A DNA stretch of 32,434 nucleotides from a virus (Duplodnaviria; Caudoviricetes), in the IMG/VR virus record IMGVR_UViG_3300017903_000046, positions 1-32,434 of that record. One strand, written 5' to 3'. Shown in pieces: positions 1 to 8,873 of this stretch (its first letter is position 1; every line of letters starts with the position of its first letter). Under the pieces are notes generated by a model that searched no databases, was not told where the DNA came from, and saw only the letters and a program-made list of their open reading frames with translations. The translations under genes and the position numbers were made by a program.

Positions 1-235
1 TTAATCTTGTGAGAATGGTTTCGAACCCACACACACAACCCAAGGGCTAAATTTAATTAGAATTGGCTGCAATGCACAGAAATAAAGGGGTTCAGGCAAA
101 AAAAATGACCCCCTACACCCCAAAATGCCGAAGTGTTGCTATATGTATGGATTCTTGGACACAGCGAAGGGGATATTTAGATATTAACTTTTGTTAACTA
201 CTTGTACATAGGTTAACTTTGTGGTACATATGGGT

Positions 236-523
236 ATGGCTGATAAGGCATGGAAGCAAAGAGAACGACAGGTAGCTGCCTATTTTGGTGGTCAGAGGAC
301 TCCATTGAGTGGTGGTAATGGCAAAATTACAAGGGCAGATGTAATTCACGATAAATTATTTATTGAATGTAAGCTCAGAAAGAAGCATACTGTAATAACA
401 TTATGGGATGACACAAATGTTATGGCAAAGAAAGAGGGTAAGACCCCTGTTGTAGCTTTGTGTGAAAAGGGCAGGGCAGGGTTTTGGATAATGGTTCATA
501 GTGATGATCTTGATAAGCTATGA
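236..523 (+). CDS. Holliday-junction-resolvase-like PD-(D/E)XK nuclease
   Basis: WKQRERQVA...SG...RADV...FIECK pattern. The ORF track starts at 221; the ATG at 236 (MADKAWK) is the more likely start. Confidence 0.7.
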   Translation: MADKAWKQRERQVAAYFGGQRTPLSGGNGKITRADVIHDKLFIECKLRKKHTVITLWDDTNVMAKKEGKTPVVALCEKGRAGFWIMVHSDDLDKL

Positions 524-720
524 TAGAATGGATAGCAAGTATAACAGCTATACTATGTGTATGGTTATATGGTAATGGTTGGAGGTATGCAGGATACTTT
601 GGATTGGTTAGTCAATTTTTTTGGTGGTGGTTTTCGTTTATATATGATTTAACATCTATGTATGTATTGTGTTTATTTATGACAGCGACCCATATAAGAA
701 ATATTATTAAAATGAAATGA
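520..720 (+). CDS. Small multi-pass membrane protein, PnuC-fragment-like
   Basis: 66 aa, almost entirely hydrophobic with about 3 TM segments, Trp/Tyr rich. ATGA overlaps at both ends. Confidence 0.55.
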   Translation: MIEWIASITAILCVWLYGNGWRYAGYFGLVSQFFWWWFSFIYDLTSMYVLCLFMTATHIRNIIKMK

Positions 721-2129
721 ATGATTTAGCCAGAGCATTAGAAATAGCCAAAGAGTTGGAATTTCGGAAAAAGACTAATCAGATGGCACAGTATGAGCCA
801 TATGAGTATCAAAAAAAATTTCATAATAGTAAAGCTACCCAACGATTATTAATGGCAGGTAACAGGGTAGGTAAATCATTTAGTGGTGCTATGGAGATGG
901 CATATCATTGTACAGGATTATATCCAGAATGGTGGGAAGGTAGAAAGTTTGATAGACCTGTAAGATGTTGGGTTGGTGGTGTATCTAATGAAACGACTAG
1001 AGATGTATGTCAAAAAGAACTAGTAGGACAACCAGATGATCCTAGTGCTAAAGGCACAGGTAGTATACCTTTAAAACTTATTGGAGAAACAGTAAGAAAA
1101 CCAGGGGTGCCCAATGCAATGAATAGTGTAGTCATACGACATAAGAGTGGAGGATATTCTCGAATAGGGTTTAAAGCATATGAGATGGGTAAAGAAAAAT
1201 GGATGGGTGAGTCGTTAGATGTTATTTGGTTAGATGAAGAACCACCACAAGCTATATATTCACAAGCACTAACCAGAACTGCTGATAAGGGTGGTATTGT
1301 CTATATGACATTTACACCAGAACAAGGTATGACAGAAACAGTAGCACAGTTTGTAAACAATTTAAAAACAGGACAAGACCTTATACAAGCCACTTGGGAT
1401 GATGCCCCTCACATGACTAAAGAAGTAAGAGAACAAATCTTACAAGCATTACCACCCCATGAAAGAAAAATGAGAGAAAAAGGAATACCACAATTAGGGT
1501 CTGGATTGGTATTCCCAATTAATGAAGATGACATAGTTTGTGAACCATTTGATATACCAGATTACTATCCAAAGATATGTGGTATAGATTTTGGTTGGGA
1601 TCACCCTACAGCTTGTGCATGGATAGCATGGGATAGAGATAGTGATATTGTATATATGTATGATGGATATAGTATGCGACAAGAAACTGTACCTGTTCAT
1701 GCATCAGCAATAAAAGCCAGAGGTAAATGGATTCCTGTTATATATCCTATGGATGGCAGGCAAGCAGATAAAGGTAGTGGTAAAAGTCTAGCTATGCAAT
1801 ATAGAGATGAAGGTGTTAATTTATTAAGAGAGCATTTTACTAATCCACCACAAAATGGCATGAAAGAAGGTAGTGGAGGTATAAGTGTAGAAGCAGGAGT
1901 AATGGAAATGCTTACACGATTTCAAACAAAAAGGTTGAAAATATTTAGTAATCAAAGTAAGATACTAGAAGAAATTAGGTTGTATCACAGGAAGAATGGT
2001 AAGATAATTCCTATGAATGATGATATAATATCTGCACTACGATATGCAGTAATGTCATTGCGAAAGGCAAGAACAAGGAATACCGAACCTATGCAGATAC
2101 AATCTGATTCTGATTTTAACATTTTTTAA
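717..2129 (+). CDS. terL: Terminase large subunit
   Basis: Walker A MAGNRVGKS, Walker B VIWLDEEP, TFTP coupling motif, RNase H-like nuclease GIDFG...NDD. Confidence 0.95.
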   Translation: MNDLARALEIAKELEFRKKTNQMAQYEPYEYQKKFHNSKATQRLLMAGNRVGKSFSGAMEMAYHCTGLYPEWWEGRKFDRPVRCWVGGVSNETTRDVCQKELVGQPDDPSAKGTGSIPLKLIGETVRKPGVPNAMNSVVIRHKSGGYSRIGFKAYEMGKEKWMGESLDVIWLDEEPPQAIYSQALTRTADKGGIVYMTFTPEQGMTETVAQFVNNLKTGQDLIQATWDDAPHMTKEVREQILQALPPHERKMREKGIPQLGSGLVFPINEDDIVCEPFDIPDYYPKICGIDFGWDHPTACAWIAWDRDSDIVYMYDGYSMRQETVPVHASAIKARGKWIPVIYPMDGRQADKGSGKSLAMQYRDEGVNLLREHFTNPPQNGMKEGSGGISVEAGVMEMLTRFQTKRLKIFSNQSKILEEIRLYHRKNGKIIPMNDDIISALRYAVMSLRKARTRNTEPMQIQSDSDFNIF

Positions 2130-2139
2130 GGAGTATATA

Positions 2140-2241
2140 ATGGCATATGGAAAAGGTAAAATGTTGACTAAAAAACAAAAAACATTACCTAAAAAATTAC
2201 AAAGTAAAATTATGAAATCTAAAATGAAAAAGAAAAAATAA
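2140..2241 (+). CDS. Lys-rich micro-protein, 33 aa (MAYGKGKMLTKKQKTLPKKLQSKIMKSKMKKKK)
   Basis: Manually translated; absent from the ORF track. AAGGAG RBS upstream and TAATG coupling to the next ORF. Confidence 0.75.
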   Translation: MAYGKGKMLTKKQKTLPKKLQSKIMKSKMKKKK

Positions 2242-2411
2242 TGGGTAAAGGACAAAAACATTATTTTCGTAATGGAAAAGAGTGGAAAGGGTCTACTCAT
2301 AAAATGCCAAATGGAAAATTGCATTCAGGTAAAAATCATACAAAAACAAGTAAACCACTATTTCATTTTAAAGACTTGTCTAATACAGCAAAGAAAGCAG
2401 CAAAATCATGA
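2241..2411 (+). CDS. Basic His/Lys-rich micro-protein, 56 aa (MGKGQKHYFRNGKEWKGSTHKMPNGKLHSGKNH...)
   Basis: Manually translated. TAATG overlap at the start and ATGA overlap at the end. Confidence 0.75.
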   Translation: MGKGQKHYFRNGKEWKGSTHKMPNGKLHSGKNHTKTSKPLFHFKDLSNTAKKAAKS

Positions 2412-2581
2412 AAAAAGGTATGCATAAAACTAAATCTGGTAAAATGGCTAAAAAAGGTCTTTACTATAATATTAACAAAAGGAAGAAAGCTGGAACTTCT
2501 AGAACTAAAAAAAAGTCAACTATTAGTTCTAAAGCATATGCAAATATGAAAAAAGGTTTTCCTAAAAAAAAGAAAGGGTAA
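2408..2581 (+). CDS. Lys-rich micro-protein, 57 aa (MKKGMHKTKSGKMAKKGLYYNINKRKKAGTSR...)
   Basis: Manually translated. ATGA overlap at the start; it fills the gap to the ORF at 2585. Confidence 0.75.
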   Translation: MKKGMHKTKSGKMAKKGLYYNINKRKKAGTSRTKKKSTISSKAYANMKKGFPKKKKG

Positions 2582-2584
2582 GCT

Positions 2585-2785
2585 ATGGGTGGATTTTTTT
2601 CAAGACCAAAACCTCCTGCCCCACCACCTCCACCACCACCTCCTCCTCCTGCTGAAGACCCAAAAAAAAAGGATACAGCAGAAAGAAGAAAAAGAGGTAA
2701 AGTTAGAGGAATGGGATATGGTCAAGGAACTACACTTGGTGGTGGCGAAGAAGCTACAACTGCTAGAACTATTCTTGGACAATGA
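2585..2785 (+). CDS. Small MGG-starting poly-Pro protein, probable pre-portal virion protein
   Basis: MGGFFSRPK start, poly-Pro tract, C-terminal EEATTARTILGQ. Its position is analogous to T7 gp6.7/gp7.3. Confidence 0.7.
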   Translation: MGGFFSRPKPPAPPPPPPPPPPAEDPKKKDTAERRKRGKVRGMGYGQGTTLGGGEEATTARTILGQ

Positions 2786-3207
2786 TTGTTGCTAAAACTG
2801 ATAAAAAGTTAGCAAAAGAGGTTTTAGGGTTTGTTGCACCAAGAGCACATATTCAAGGAGTAGATACCGATTATACCCATATAGGTTATTATAAAGATGA
2901 TAAAATAATTGGTGGAGCTATCTTTTCTCACTATGATGGGTTTAATATTTGGATGCATTTAGCACTTGATGATCCTAAAGCTATGAGAAGAGGTTTTGCA
3001 AAACAAGTATTTGACTATTGCTTTTATACCTGTAAATGTGTTAGAGTAACTGCAATGACAAAACCTAGTAACAGTAGATGTAGAAGATTAATTGAATCAG
3101 CAGGGTTCAAACAAGAAGGTGTTATTAGGAAAATTATTAAAGAGGGTATGAAATACTATAATGGTGTTTTGTATGGATTATTAAGACATGAATGTAAATA
3201 TTTATAG
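2782..3207 (+). CDS. GNAT-family N-acyltransferase (RimJ/RimL-like)
   Basis: KIIGGAIF strand, MRRGFAK motif A-like segment, SNSRCRRLIESAGFKQEGVIRK motif B (N...L....GF..EG). Confidence 0.85.
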   Translation: MIVAKTDKKLAKEVLGFVAPRAHIQGVDTDYTHIGYYKDDKIIGGAIFSHYDGFNIWMHLALDDPKAMRRGFAKQVFDYCFYTCKCVRVTAMTKPSNSRCRRLIESAGFKQEGVIRKIIKEGMKYYNGVLYGLLRHECKYL

Positions 3208-3216
3208 GAGAATATA

Positions 3217-3420
3217 ATGGGTGGAGTTATGCGACCAAAAAAAAGACCAAGTGCACCTACTTCTGGGGGTAAAGGTGGAAGAATGAAAAAACCACCTAAA
3301 GTTTCACAACCTAAAAATAAGGGGTATACTTCTCCAAAAGCAATTAAAAAAATGGGTACACAAAGAGCAGGTAGAACAATGTTATCAGATTCACAAGGTA
3401 AAGGAAAGTTAGGAGGTTAA
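3217..3420 (+). CDS. Small basic MGG-starting protein
   Basis: AGGAG RBS, MGGVMRPKK start, ends GRTML...KLGG. Confidence 0.7.
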   Translation: MGGVMRPKKRPSAPTSGGKGGRMKKPPKVSQPKNKGYTSPKAIKKMGTQRAGRTMLSDSQGKGKLGG

Positions 3421-3421
3421 T

Positions 3422-3655
3422 ATGGGTGGAGGAATGAAAACACCAAGTATGCCATCACCACAACCAATGCCAGAAATTGACGATAAGGTAGCAGAGTCAG
3501 AAGCAAAGTTAGAAGCTGAAAGACAAAAATTAGTAGCACTTGGAAAACAAGGTTCTTATGGTACATTACTTACATCTGGCACAGGAGTAAAAGAAGAAGC
3601 TCCAACTGCTAAAACAGTTTTAGGTGGTACTGCACCAACAAATAGAATAACTTAA
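3422..3655 (+). CDS. Small MGG-starting probable virion protein
   Basis: AGGAGG RBS, MGGGMKTPSMP start, short helix, GTLLT...EEAPTAKTVLGG. TAATG-coupled to the portal. Confidence 0.75.
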   Translation: MGGGMKTPSMPSPQPMPEIDDKVAESEAKLEAERQKLVALGKQGSYGTLLTSGTGVKEEAPTAKTVLGGTAPTNRIT

Positions 3656-5319
3656 TGGCAAATTTTGATTACATAAAAAAAAGACTTGCACAATTAGAAA
3701 GTCATAGAGGGACATGGGAAGAACATTGGCAAGACATTCTTGATTATGTAATGCCACGAAAAGCAGAAGTAGTATCTAAAAGAGAAAAAGGTGAAAAGAG
3801 AACAGAAGTATTATTTGATTCTACTGCTATAACTGCAAATAATTTATTAGCTGCAAGTTTGCATGGCACATTAACATCACCATCATTACAATGGTTTCAT
3901 TTAAAACTAAGAAGTGCAGAACTTAATCAAAATAGAGATGTACAATTATGGTTAGAAAATTCTGCAAAAAGAATGTATGACTTATTTAATGAATCTAATT
4001 TTAATACAGAAGTACATGAGTTATATCTTGATTTATGTTCTATAGGTACAGGTGCATTATTTGTAGAAGAAAGTAAAAAAGGTTTTGCAGAAGGTGGTAT
4101 TCATTTTAATACATTACACATCAAAGAATTTTACATTAAAGAAAACAATGATGGTAGAATAGATACAGTATATAGAAAGTATAATTTAACAGCAAGACAA
4201 GCAATACAAGAGTTCGGTGAAAAGAATGTTGGAGAAAAACTATTAGAAGCTGTTAAAGACAAGCCAGATAAAGAATTTACATTTATCCATGCAGTAGAAC
4301 CAACTGAAGATTATGAAAGAGCAATGGAGAAGGTAAAAACTAAATTGCCTTTTTATTCATGTCATGTATGTGTAGAAGATAAAATGACAGTAAGAGAAGG
4401 TGGTTATAATGAGTTCCCATATCTTGTACCTAGATGGTCTAAAGCAACAGGTGAAATATATGGTAGATCACCAAGTTATAATGCATTACCAGATATTAAA
4501 ACATTAAATAAAGCAGTAGAGATAGGGCTAAAAGCATGGGCAAAAGCTATTGACCCACCATTACTTGTAACAGATGATGGTGTTATTGGTAGAGTTAGAA
4601 TGACACCTGCAGGTATAACTGTGGTTAGAAATGAAGGTAGTGTAAGACCATTACCTATTGGTAGTAATTGGCAGATAACAGATATGAAAGAAAACCAATT
4701 ACGAACTGCAATACGACAAGCATATTATTCTGACCAACTACAATTACAACAAGGTCCTCAAATGACAGCTACAGAGGTTCAAGTTAGATATGAATTAATG
4801 CAAAGATTACTAGGACCAACATTAGGTAGATTCCAAAGTGAGTTTCTTAATCCATTAATTGAAAGAGTATTTGGTATTATGTTAAGAGCAGAAGCATTAA
4901 TACCTGCACCAGAAGTAATACAAGGACAAACAGTAGATGTAGAGTATGTAGGACCATTAGCTAGATCACAAAGAATGGAAGAGTCTATTGCTATTGATAG
5001 ATTGTATGCATTAGCTATGCAAGTAGGTCAGATAGACCCAAGTATTATGGATAATATAAATCATGATCTTGCAATTAGAACTAGAGCAAATTTATTAGGT
5101 GTTCCTAAAACTGTATTAAGAGGTGTTGAAGAAGTTGCAGAGATGAGAGAAATGAGAGCACAACAACAGCAACAAGCACAAGAAATGGCTATGCAACAAC
5201 AACAAGCACAAACAGCATTAACACAAAACCAAGCTATTAAAGAGTTAGGTACACCAGAAGCACAACAAGGTGCAGAACAAGTAGAAGAATCAGCAAGAGC
5301 TATTGGTCTAGTTGAATAA
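3655..5319 (+). CDS. Portal (head-tail connector), T7/BPP-1-like
   Basis: 554 aa with PYLVPRW...GEIYGRSP, MTATEV...LGP...EFLNPLIER and a Gln-rich C-terminus. Confidence 0.93.
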   Translation: MANFDYIKKRLAQLESHRGTWEEHWQDILDYVMPRKAEVVSKREKGEKRTEVLFDSTAITANNLLAASLHGTLTSPSLQWFHLKLRSAELNQNRDVQLWLENSAKRMYDLFNESNFNTEVHELYLDLCSIGTGALFVEESKKGFAEGGIHFNTLHIKEFYIKENNDGRIDTVYRKYNLTARQAIQEFGEKNVGEKLLEAVKDKPDKEFTFIHAVEPTEDYERAMEKVKTKLPFYSCHVCVEDKMTVREGGYNEFPYLVPRWSKATGEIYGRSPSYNALPDIKTLNKAVEIGLKAWAKAIDPPLLVTDDGVIGRVRMTPAGITVVRNEGSVRPLPIGSNWQITDMKENQLRTAIRQAYYSDQLQLQQGPQMTATEVQVRYELMQRLLGPTLGRFQSEFLNPLIERVFGIMLRAEALIPAPEVIQGQTVDVEYVGPLARSQRMEESIAIDRLYALAMQVGQIDPSIMDNINHDLAIRTRANLLGVPKTVLRGVEEVAEMREMRAQQQQQAQEMAMQQQQAQTALTQNQAIKELGTPEAQQGAEQVEESARAIGLVE

Positions 5320-5645
5320 TGGGTAATATCCAAAAACAAAAAAAATTACCTAATGTTATGGCTAATGACCCTGTTGTAAAGCATCATTATGAAACATTAA
5401 GAAAAGGACAAGAAGTTGTACAGAATGGTAAAACATCAACTGTTGTAACTATGATAGTAAAAGACCCTAGATTGAATAAAGGTAAGCCAACTTTAATACC
5501 AAGTTTATATAATGGTAAAATATATAAAAATGAGTATGATGCTGTTACTCAAGCACTAAAAACAGGTGTTAAATATACAAGTGCAGATACAGTTGAAGAA
5601 TTAGATTTACTTGACCGAAGATTGCATGAGATGTATATAAAATAA
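5319..5645 (+). CDS. Hypothetical protein
   Basis: 108 aa ORF, TAATG-coupled on both sides. Confidence 0.65.
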   Translation: MGNIQKQKKLPNVMANDPVVKHHYETLRKGQEVVQNGKTSTVVTMIVKDPRLNKGKPTLIPSLYNGKIYKNEYDAVTQALKTGVKYTSADTVEELDLLDRRLHEMYIK

Positions 5646-5842
5646 TGGAATTAAAAGAATTACAAAAAATGTACAGAATTACTTTTGACTCTGGAGAAGG
5701 GAAAGAAGTATTAGCAGATTTAAAGTCTGCTTATTATCATAGGACTTCGTTTGGCAAAGACCCTTATGAAACAGCATATAAGGAAGGTCAACGATCTGTC
5801 TTAATACGAATAATCAATCTATTAAAGGAGCAAAAAAAATGA
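5645..5842 (+). CDS. Bbp19-like small phage protein
   Basis: F.S.EGKEVLADL...DPYETAYKEGQRSV pattern, in its usual position between portal and scaffold. Confidence 0.7.
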   Translation: MELKELQKMYRITFDSGEGKEVLADLKSAYYHRTSFGKDPYETAYKEGQRSVLIRIINLLKEQKK

Positions 5843-6669
5843 TTGAAGAAACGACCACAACAGAAGGTAACCCTGTAGAACAAACTGTAGAAGATAATAC
5901 AGTTCTAGGGTCTACTGTAAGTGATAATCAAGATTGGAGATCAAACTTACCAGAAGACTTAAAAAACGATCCTACATTATCTAATTTTAAAGATGTAGAG
6001 TCATTAGCTAAAACAGTAGTACATCAACAAAAAGTATTAGGAAGTAGAATACCTATACCTAAAACTGATGAAGAAAGAATGGAAGTCTATAATAAATTAG
6101 GCAGACCAGAAGCTGCTGATAAATATGAAGTAAATGTACCAGAAGATTATTCTGCATATTTTACTGAAGACCAAATAAGTCAATTCAAAAATGTAGCTCA
6201 TCAAATGGGTTTAAACCAACAACAAGTAGAAGGTCTTGTTAATTATCAAATGGAATCTATAAAGAATCAAGGAGATATGTATGCATCACAAGTAGATGTA
6301 CAAAGACAAGAATCTGAAGCTATGCTTAAAAAAGAATGGGGTTATGACTATGATAGTCAAATCCGTAATGCCAGACGAGCAATAGATGTCTATGGAGATA
6401 GTGAAATAAAAGAGTTAATGAATACAGAAGCAGGTAATCATCCTGCAGTTATCCGTTTATTTGCTAGATTAGGTAAAGATATTACTGAAGATATGGCACA
6501 AAACACTCAAAATAATAGTTTAGCTGCTTCACCATTAGATGCAAAACAAGAGATACAGGACACTTTTAATAACCCAGATCATCCTTATCACAACCCTAGA
6601 CATAAGGATCATCAACCATCTGTTGAAAGAATGCGACAGTTACATGAAAAAGTGTATGGTAATTCTTAA
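5839..6669 (+). CDS. Capsid scaffolding/assembly protein
   Basis: Acidic helical protein with KLGRPE, LKKEWG and GNHP motifs, directly upstream of the capsid gene. Confidence 0.8.
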   Translation: MIEETTTTEGNPVEQTVEDNTVLGSTVSDNQDWRSNLPEDLKNDPTLSNFKDVESLAKTVVHQQKVLGSRIPIPKTDEERMEVYNKLGRPEAADKYEVNVPEDYSAYFTEDQISQFKNVAHQMGLNQQQVEGLVNYQMESIKNQGDMYASQVDVQRQESEAMLKKEWGYDYDSQIRNARRAIDVYGDSEIKELMNTEAGNHPAVIRLFARLGKDITEDMAQNTQNNSLAASPLDAKQEIQDTFNNPDHPYHNPRHKDHQPSVERMRQLHEKVYGNS

Positions 6670-6692
6670 AAAAGTGTGATATTATTTTTATG

Positions 6693-6768
6693 TATGTATT
6701 GCCCTTATGGATAACAGTACATAAAGTCTAACGACTATAAACGAGGTTTCCCTTTTTAGGACAAAAAC
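6693..6768 (+). promoter_or_regulatory. Structured 5' leader of the capsid gene (three hairpins)
   Basis: Stems TATGTATTG/CAGTACATA, AGTC/GACT and GTTT..CCT/AGG..AAAC. An extended -10-like TGaTATTAT lies at 6677-6685. Confidence 0.5.
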
Positions 6769-6808
6769 TGCATAAACAATAATATTAATTTTTATAAGGA
6801 GAACTATA

Positions 6809-7672
6809 ATGAGTGTTCAAATTACTACAGCTTTTGTAGAACAATATAAAAGCAATGTATTCCATTTGGCACAACAGAAGGGTTCAAGATTAAGAGATGC
6901 AGTTAGAACTGAAACTGTTACAGGAAAATCACATTTTTTTGAAAGAATCGGTGATACTGCAGCACTTAAAAGAACATCAAGACATAGTGATACACCTAGA
7001 GTAGATACCCCTCACTCTAGAAGAAAAGTTACTATGGATGATTATGATTGGGCTGATCTGATTGACCAAGAGGACAAAGTTAGAATGTTAATTTCCCCAC
7101 AATCTGAGTATGCAATGAGTGGTGCTTGGGCTATGGGTAGAGCAATGGATGATGCAATTATTTCTGCAGCTAGTGGAAATGCTTTCGGTGGTGTATCTGG
7201 TGGTACAACTGTAGCATTACCTTCTGGACAGAAAATTGTTCATGCTTCTGCAGGATTAACACTAACAAAATTAATTAGTGCAAAAGAAGTATTAGATGCT
7301 GCTGATACTGATCCAGACGAGCCAAGATATATGGTTGTGTCTGCAAAACAGTTAAGCGACCTTTTAGGTAGCACAACTATTACTTCTGCTGATTTCAACT
7401 CAGTAAAAGCATTAGTACAAGGTGAGTTAGATACTTTCTTAGGATTTAACTTTATCAGAAGTGAGCGACTAAGCACAGATAGTGATGGTAATCGATCTGT
7501 ACTTGGTTTTTGTCAATCTGCAATAGGTCTTGCACTTGGAAGAGATATCGAAACAAGAATCTCTGAAAGAGCTGATAAGAACTATGCAACACAAGTATTT
7601 TTATCAATGACAATCGGAGCTACAAGAGTAGAAGACGAAAAAGTTGTAGAAATTGCTTGTCAAGAATCATAG
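6809..7672 (+). CDS. Major capsid protein
   Basis: 287 aa with FVEQY...QQKGSRLR, AMGRAMDDAII, KALVQGE..TFLGFNFI and GATRVEDEKVV. Strong AAGGAG RBS. Confidence 0.9.
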   Translation: MSVQITTAFVEQYKSNVFHLAQQKGSRLRDAVRTETVTGKSHFFERIGDTAALKRTSRHSDTPRVDTPHSRRKVTMDDYDWADLIDQEDKVRMLISPQSEYAMSGAWAMGRAMDDAIISAASGNAFGGVSGGTTVALPSGQKIVHASAGLTLTKLISAKEVLDAADTDPDEPRYMVVSAKQLSDLLGSTTITSADFNSVKALVQGELDTFLGFNFIRSERLSTDSDGNRSVLGFCQSAIGLALGRDIETRISERADKNYATQVFLSMTIGATRVEDEKVVEIACQES

Positions 7673-7682
7673 GAGGTAAATT

Positions 7683-8228
7683 ATGGCAACAGCTAAATCT
7701 GTAGAGATTACAAACTTAGATGCATCTCCTAGAGTTATTTCCGAAGTCGGAAGTGTTCATGGCAAGATGAGAGTATTTGCTGATACTATTGCAGCAGGTA
7801 CAGGTGATATTGACAATGATGATGTAATTATGATGGCAGAAATCCCATCAAATGCTAAAGTTATGTCAATTAAACTTTACAATGATGACCTTGATTCAAA
7901 TGGTTCACCAACATTAGCAGCTAATGTAGGTCTATATAATGGAGCTACTAAGTTTACTATTGGTGGAACTGAAACAGCAGCAGATGCAGTTATTGATGAA
8001 GATTGTTATGCAACAGCTATAACAACTTTACAAGCAGCAAATACTGCAGGTGTTGAAGTTGCATTTGAAGCAAGAAATGTCAATGCAATAGCTAATCATG
8101 CATGGGAAGATGGTGGTCTTACTGAAGACCCTAAAGTACCTTTAAGAATTGCCTTAACAATGTCTAATGTTGCAGCAACAGCAGCAGCAGGTGATATTAC
8201 TATGGTAGTTACTTATGTAACTGATTAG
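7683..8228 (+). CDS. Probable capsid decoration/cement protein
   Basis: Ala/Thr-rich, beta-strand-like 181 aa protein after the capsid gene, with an AGGAGG RBS and a terminator downstream. Confidence 0.55.
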   Translation: MATAKSVEITNLDASPRVISEVGSVHGKMRVFADTIAAGTGDIDNDDVIMMAEIPSNAKVMSIKLYNDDLDSNGSPTLAANVGLYNGATKFTIGGTETAADAVIDEDCYATAITTLQAANTAGVEVAFEARNVNAIANHAWEDGGLTEDPKVPLRIALTMSNVAATAAAGDITMVVTYVTD

Positions 8229-8248
8229 GACAATAGACTAAACAATTT

Positions 8249-8274
8249 GGGGGTTTGCAAATAACCCCCTTTTT
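8249..8274 (+). terminator. Rho-independent terminator
   Basis: GGGGGTT-TGCAAAT-AACCCCC stem-loop followed by TTTTT. Confidence 0.85.
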
Positions 8275-8291
8275 GTTATATTAGGAGTATC

Positions 8292-8873
8292 ATGGCAACA
8301 GAAGTATCAATATGTTCAAATGCTTTAAGGAGGTTGGGTGATAGTCCTATTACCTCATTAACAGAAGATAGTGAAAGAGCAAGATTGTGTAATGCATTTT
8401 ATGAACCATCAAGAGATGCAATATTAAGATCACATACTTGGAACTTTGCTATTAATAGAGCAACACTAGCAAAACTATCATCAGCACCTGCATTTGAGTA
8501 TGCATTTCAATATGCATTACCTACAGACCCATTTTGCTTGCGAGTCTTAAAAATGGAGTTTGAAGATTATGAATTTAAGGTAGAGAATTTAGCAGGACAA
8601 GGTAGAGTTCTTTTAACCAATGAAGGTGAAGCAAATATTATTTATATAGCTAGAGTTACTGATCCTAGTTTATTTGACTCTATGTTTGTTGATGTATTAA
8701 CTGCAAAACTAGCAGTTGACTTAGCATATCCTGTAACAAACAGCACAGGGTTACAAGCACAAATGCAAAAATTATTTGAAAGAAAACTATCAGATGCAAG
8801 AAGTCTTGACAGTACAGAAGGCACAACAGATAGTCTTATATCAAATGTATTTACTGATTTTAGAGCACCTTAA
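8292..8873 (+). CDS. Tail tubular protein A (adaptor; T7 gp11-like)
   Basis: ICSNAL..LG...I.SL, H.WNFA, YALP.D and LA..LA motifs, plus gene position. Confidence 0.85.
   Translation: MATEVSICSNALRRLGDSPITSLTEDSERARLCNAFYEPSRDAILRSHTWNFAINRATLAKLSSAPAFEYAFQYALPTDPFCLRVLKMEFEDYEFKVENLAGQGRVLLTNEGEANIIYIARVTDPSLFDSMFVDVLTAKLAVDLAYPVTNSTGLQAQMQKLFERKLSDARSLDSTEGTTDSLISNVFTDFRAP

Noticed and set aside
7650-7690. T7-like programmed frameshift extending the capsid protein
   Set aside because: No clear slippery site near the stop, and the next gene has its own strong RBS.
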